DNA of 63,418 nucleotides, the filler included, from Octopus bimaculoides (Eukaryota): NCBI RefSeq assembly GCF_001194135.2. It is 7 parts of 7 records of this genome, joined end to end, with 100 filler letters (N's around TTAATTAATTAA, not from the genome) between each part and the next. Parts side by side here need not be neighbours in the genome. Positions count along the whole stretch, not along the records: positions 59,775 to 63,418 come from NW_026362617.1; 6 more parts are not named here. The stretch is one strand, 5' to 3'. A program made the translations under genes and the position numbers. The notes beneath the pieces were generated by a model that had not been told where the DNA came from, made no database searches, and was given only the letters and a program-made list of their open reading frames with translations. The number at the start of each line of letters is the position of its first letter. The stretch's first letter is position 1. Positions 60,132 through 63,418 of this stretch are shown one piece after another.

Positions 60132-63100
60132 ATACGTACGTATATACATACATACATAGTTACGTACGTACATACATACCTACATGGTTACGTACATACA
60201 TAGATAGATACGTACGTACATATAAATATACATAGTTACGTACATGCTCACAAACATACATACGTAGTTAGGTACATACGTACATACATACATACATACG
60301 TAGATAGGTACGCACATACATACATACATACATACGTAGTTACGTACGTGCGTACATGAATACACACATAGTTACGTACGTACGTAAGTACATACATACA
60401 CATGTACTTACGTACGTAGGTACATGCATACACACGTAGTTACGTTCTTACGTACGGACGTACATACATATATACGTACGTACTTACGCACGTACGTACG
60501 TACATACATATGTAGTTACGTACGTACGTACATACATATATTCGTATTTACGTATGTACGTACGTACATACATACGGAGCTACGTACGTGCGTACATACA
60601 TACATATATACGTAGTTACGTACGTACTTACATACATACATACGTAGTTACGTTCCTACGTACGTACATACATATATACGTAGTAATGTACGTAAGTACG
60701 TACATACATATATACGTGTTACGAATGTACGTTCATACATACGTAGTTACGTACGTACATACATACGTAGACACGTACGTACGTACATACCTAGTTATGT
60801 AAGTACGTACGTACGTACATACAAACGTAGTTACGTACGTACGTAGATACATATACACCTAGTTACGTACGTACGTACATACATACACAAGTAGTTACGA
60901 ACGTACGNNNNNNNNNNNNNNNNNNNNNNNNNNNNNNNNNNNNNNNNNNNNNNNNNNNNNNNNNNNNNNNNNNNNNNNNNNNNNNNNNNNNNNNNNNNNN
61001 NNNNNNNNNNNNNNNNNNNNNNNNNNNNNNNNNNNNNNNNNNNNNNNNNNNNNNNNNNNNNNNNNNNNNNNNNNNNNNNNNNNNNCATGCATACGTAATT
61101 ACGTACGTTCGTACGTAAGTTCATACATACATAGTTACGTACGTACATACGGAGATACGTACGTACGTAAGTACATACATAGGTAGTTAGGTATTTACAT
61201 ACGTACATACAAATGCACGTAGTTACGTACGTACATACATACGTAGATTCGTACGTATGTGCATATACATTAGTTACGTATGTACGTAGATACATACGTA
61301 GTTACGTACGTACGTACATACATTCGAAGTTACGTACGTACATACATACGTAGTTACGTACGTAGTACATACATGCGTACCTACGTACGTACGTACGTAC
61401 ATATATACGTAGTTACGTATTAACATACATACATACGTACCTACGTACGTTCGTACATACATACGTAACTACGCACGTAGTAGGTACATACATACGTAGT
61501 TACGTACGTATGTACATATAAATGAAGTTGGGTATGTACGTACATATATGCATAAGATGTTACATACTTACGTATATACATACATACGTAGCTATCTTCG
61601 TACGTACGTACTTACATACGTAGGTACGTAGGTACATACGTACGTACGGAGTTTCGTACGTACGCACATATATACGTATTTACGTACGTAAGTACGTACA
61701 TACACACGTAGTTACGTACGTACGTATATACGTATATACATAATTACGTACGTATATGCATACGTACGTACGTATATGCATACGTAGTTACGTACGTATA
61801 TACATACGTAATTACGTACGAACGTTCATACATACAAACGTAGTTACGTACGTATGTACATATGTAGTTACGTACGTACGTACATACGTAGCTACGTACG
61901 TACACACATACGTAGTTACGTACATACATACGTAGCTATCTTCGTACGTATGTACTTACATACGTAGGTAAGTACGTACTTACATACATAGGAAGTTATG
62001 TACGTACGTAGTAATACATACGTAGTTACGTACGTACGCAAGTACATACATAGGTAGTTGCGTACGTACGTACGTACATACATACGTAGTTACGTACGTA
62101 CGTGCGTCCATACATACGTAGTTACGTACGTACGTTTATAAATACGTAGTTACATACGTCCGTAGATACATACGTTGTTAGTACGTACGTTCTGACATAC
62201 ATAGTAGTTACGTACATACATACGTAAAACACATACGAAATCACGTCCGTACGTAGTTATGTACGTACGTACATACGTACATACGTAGTTACGTACGTAC
62301 GTACGTACATACATACGAGATTACGTACGTACGAATATAATAATTAGTTACGTACGTACGTATATACATATGTATTTACGTACGTACGTACATATATACG
62401 TAATTACGTACGTATGTACACACAAANNNNNNNNNNACGTACGTACGTACATATATACGTAATTACGTACGTATGTACACACAAAGGTGGTTACGTACGT
62501 ACATACATGCGTAGTTACGTAGCACGTACGTACATACATATGCAGATACGTAAGTACGTACGTACATACATGTACATACATACATATGTACGGACATACA
62601 TATGTAGTTACGTACGTATGTACTTTAATACATAGGCATTTACGTACGTACATTGATACGTAATTACGTGTGTACGTTCATACACACGTAGGTACGTACG
62701 TACGTGCATACATACGTACGTACATACATACGTAGTTACATTCGTACGTACATACATACGTCGTTACGCACGTATGTACATACATACATCGTTAGCTACG
62801 TACGTANNNNNNNNNNACGTCGTTACGCACGTATGTACATACATACATCGTTAGCTACGTACGTACATACATACAGAGTTACGTGCGTATATACATACAT
62901 ACGTATTCACGTACGTACGTACGTACATACGTACGTACATACGTACGTACATACGTACNNNNNNNNNNCGTACGTACGTACGTACATACGTACGTACATA
63001 CGTACGTACATACGTACGGACATGCATACGTAGTTATGTACGTACATTCATACGTAGTTACGCACATACGTACATACATACACACGTAGTTACGTACGTA

Positions 63101-63418
63101 CGTACGTATGTACAGANNNNNNNNNNNNNNNNNNNNNNNNNNNNNNNNNNNNNNNNNNNNNNNNNNNNNNNNNNNNNNNNNNNNNNNNNNNNNCATACGT
63201 TGTTACGTACGTACGTACATACATACGCGGTTAACGTACGTACCTACATGTATACGTAGTTACGTACGTACGTAAAAACATACTTACGTTGCTACGTACG
63301 TACCTACGTACATACATACGTAGTTACGTCCGAACGTATATACATAATACGTAGTTACGTACATGCATACGCAGTTAAGTACGTACGTTCATGCATACGT
63401 AGTTACGAACGTACGTAC
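60132..63418. repeat. CpG-rich (ACGT/ACAT)n satellite with TAGTTACGT anchor
   Basis: Variable ~20-32-bp units such as TAGTTACGTACGTACATACATACG repeated for over 3.2 kb to the window end. Confidence 0.95.

Noticed and set aside
9271-63196. Many ORFs rich in YI/CV/HT/YVRT in the ORF track
   Set aside because: Translations of (TA)n, (TG)n, (CA)n, (TATG)n and (TACG)n repeats; no coding signal.

Overview
AT-rich, repeat-dense eukaryotic DNA. The C2H2 zinc-finger style ([15 protein letters not shown]), tRNA-SINE families, RTE/Penelope relics and microsatellite load point to an octopus (coleoid cephalopod) genome; this is an inference. Six synthetic 100-nt spacers (44 N + TTAATTAATTAA + 44 N) cut the window into seven assembled pieces, so adjacency across spacers is unproven. 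The only clearly intact protein-coding sequence is an 18-finger C2H2 zinc-finger exon (1-1560, +). It is followed by about 1.2 kb of decayed fingers. Its missing N-terminus, acceptor site and an ETS/NRF1-type promoter appear in inverted orientation at 6274-8372. Other content: a probable LRR-GPCR (LGR/GRL101-like) pseudogene (13.5-15.4 kb); mariner, hAT, TTAA-MITE, Helitron-like, RTE and Penelope relics; several long hairpins; tandem arrays of mobile-element fragments; and a 3.3-kb CpG-rich ACGT satellite. The most novel-looking signals are Penelope-type hammerhead-ribozyme motifs: one with a canonical core next to a perfect 29-bp hairpin, and one minimal variant with a CUGUUGA core. All assignments were made by eye, without database searches.
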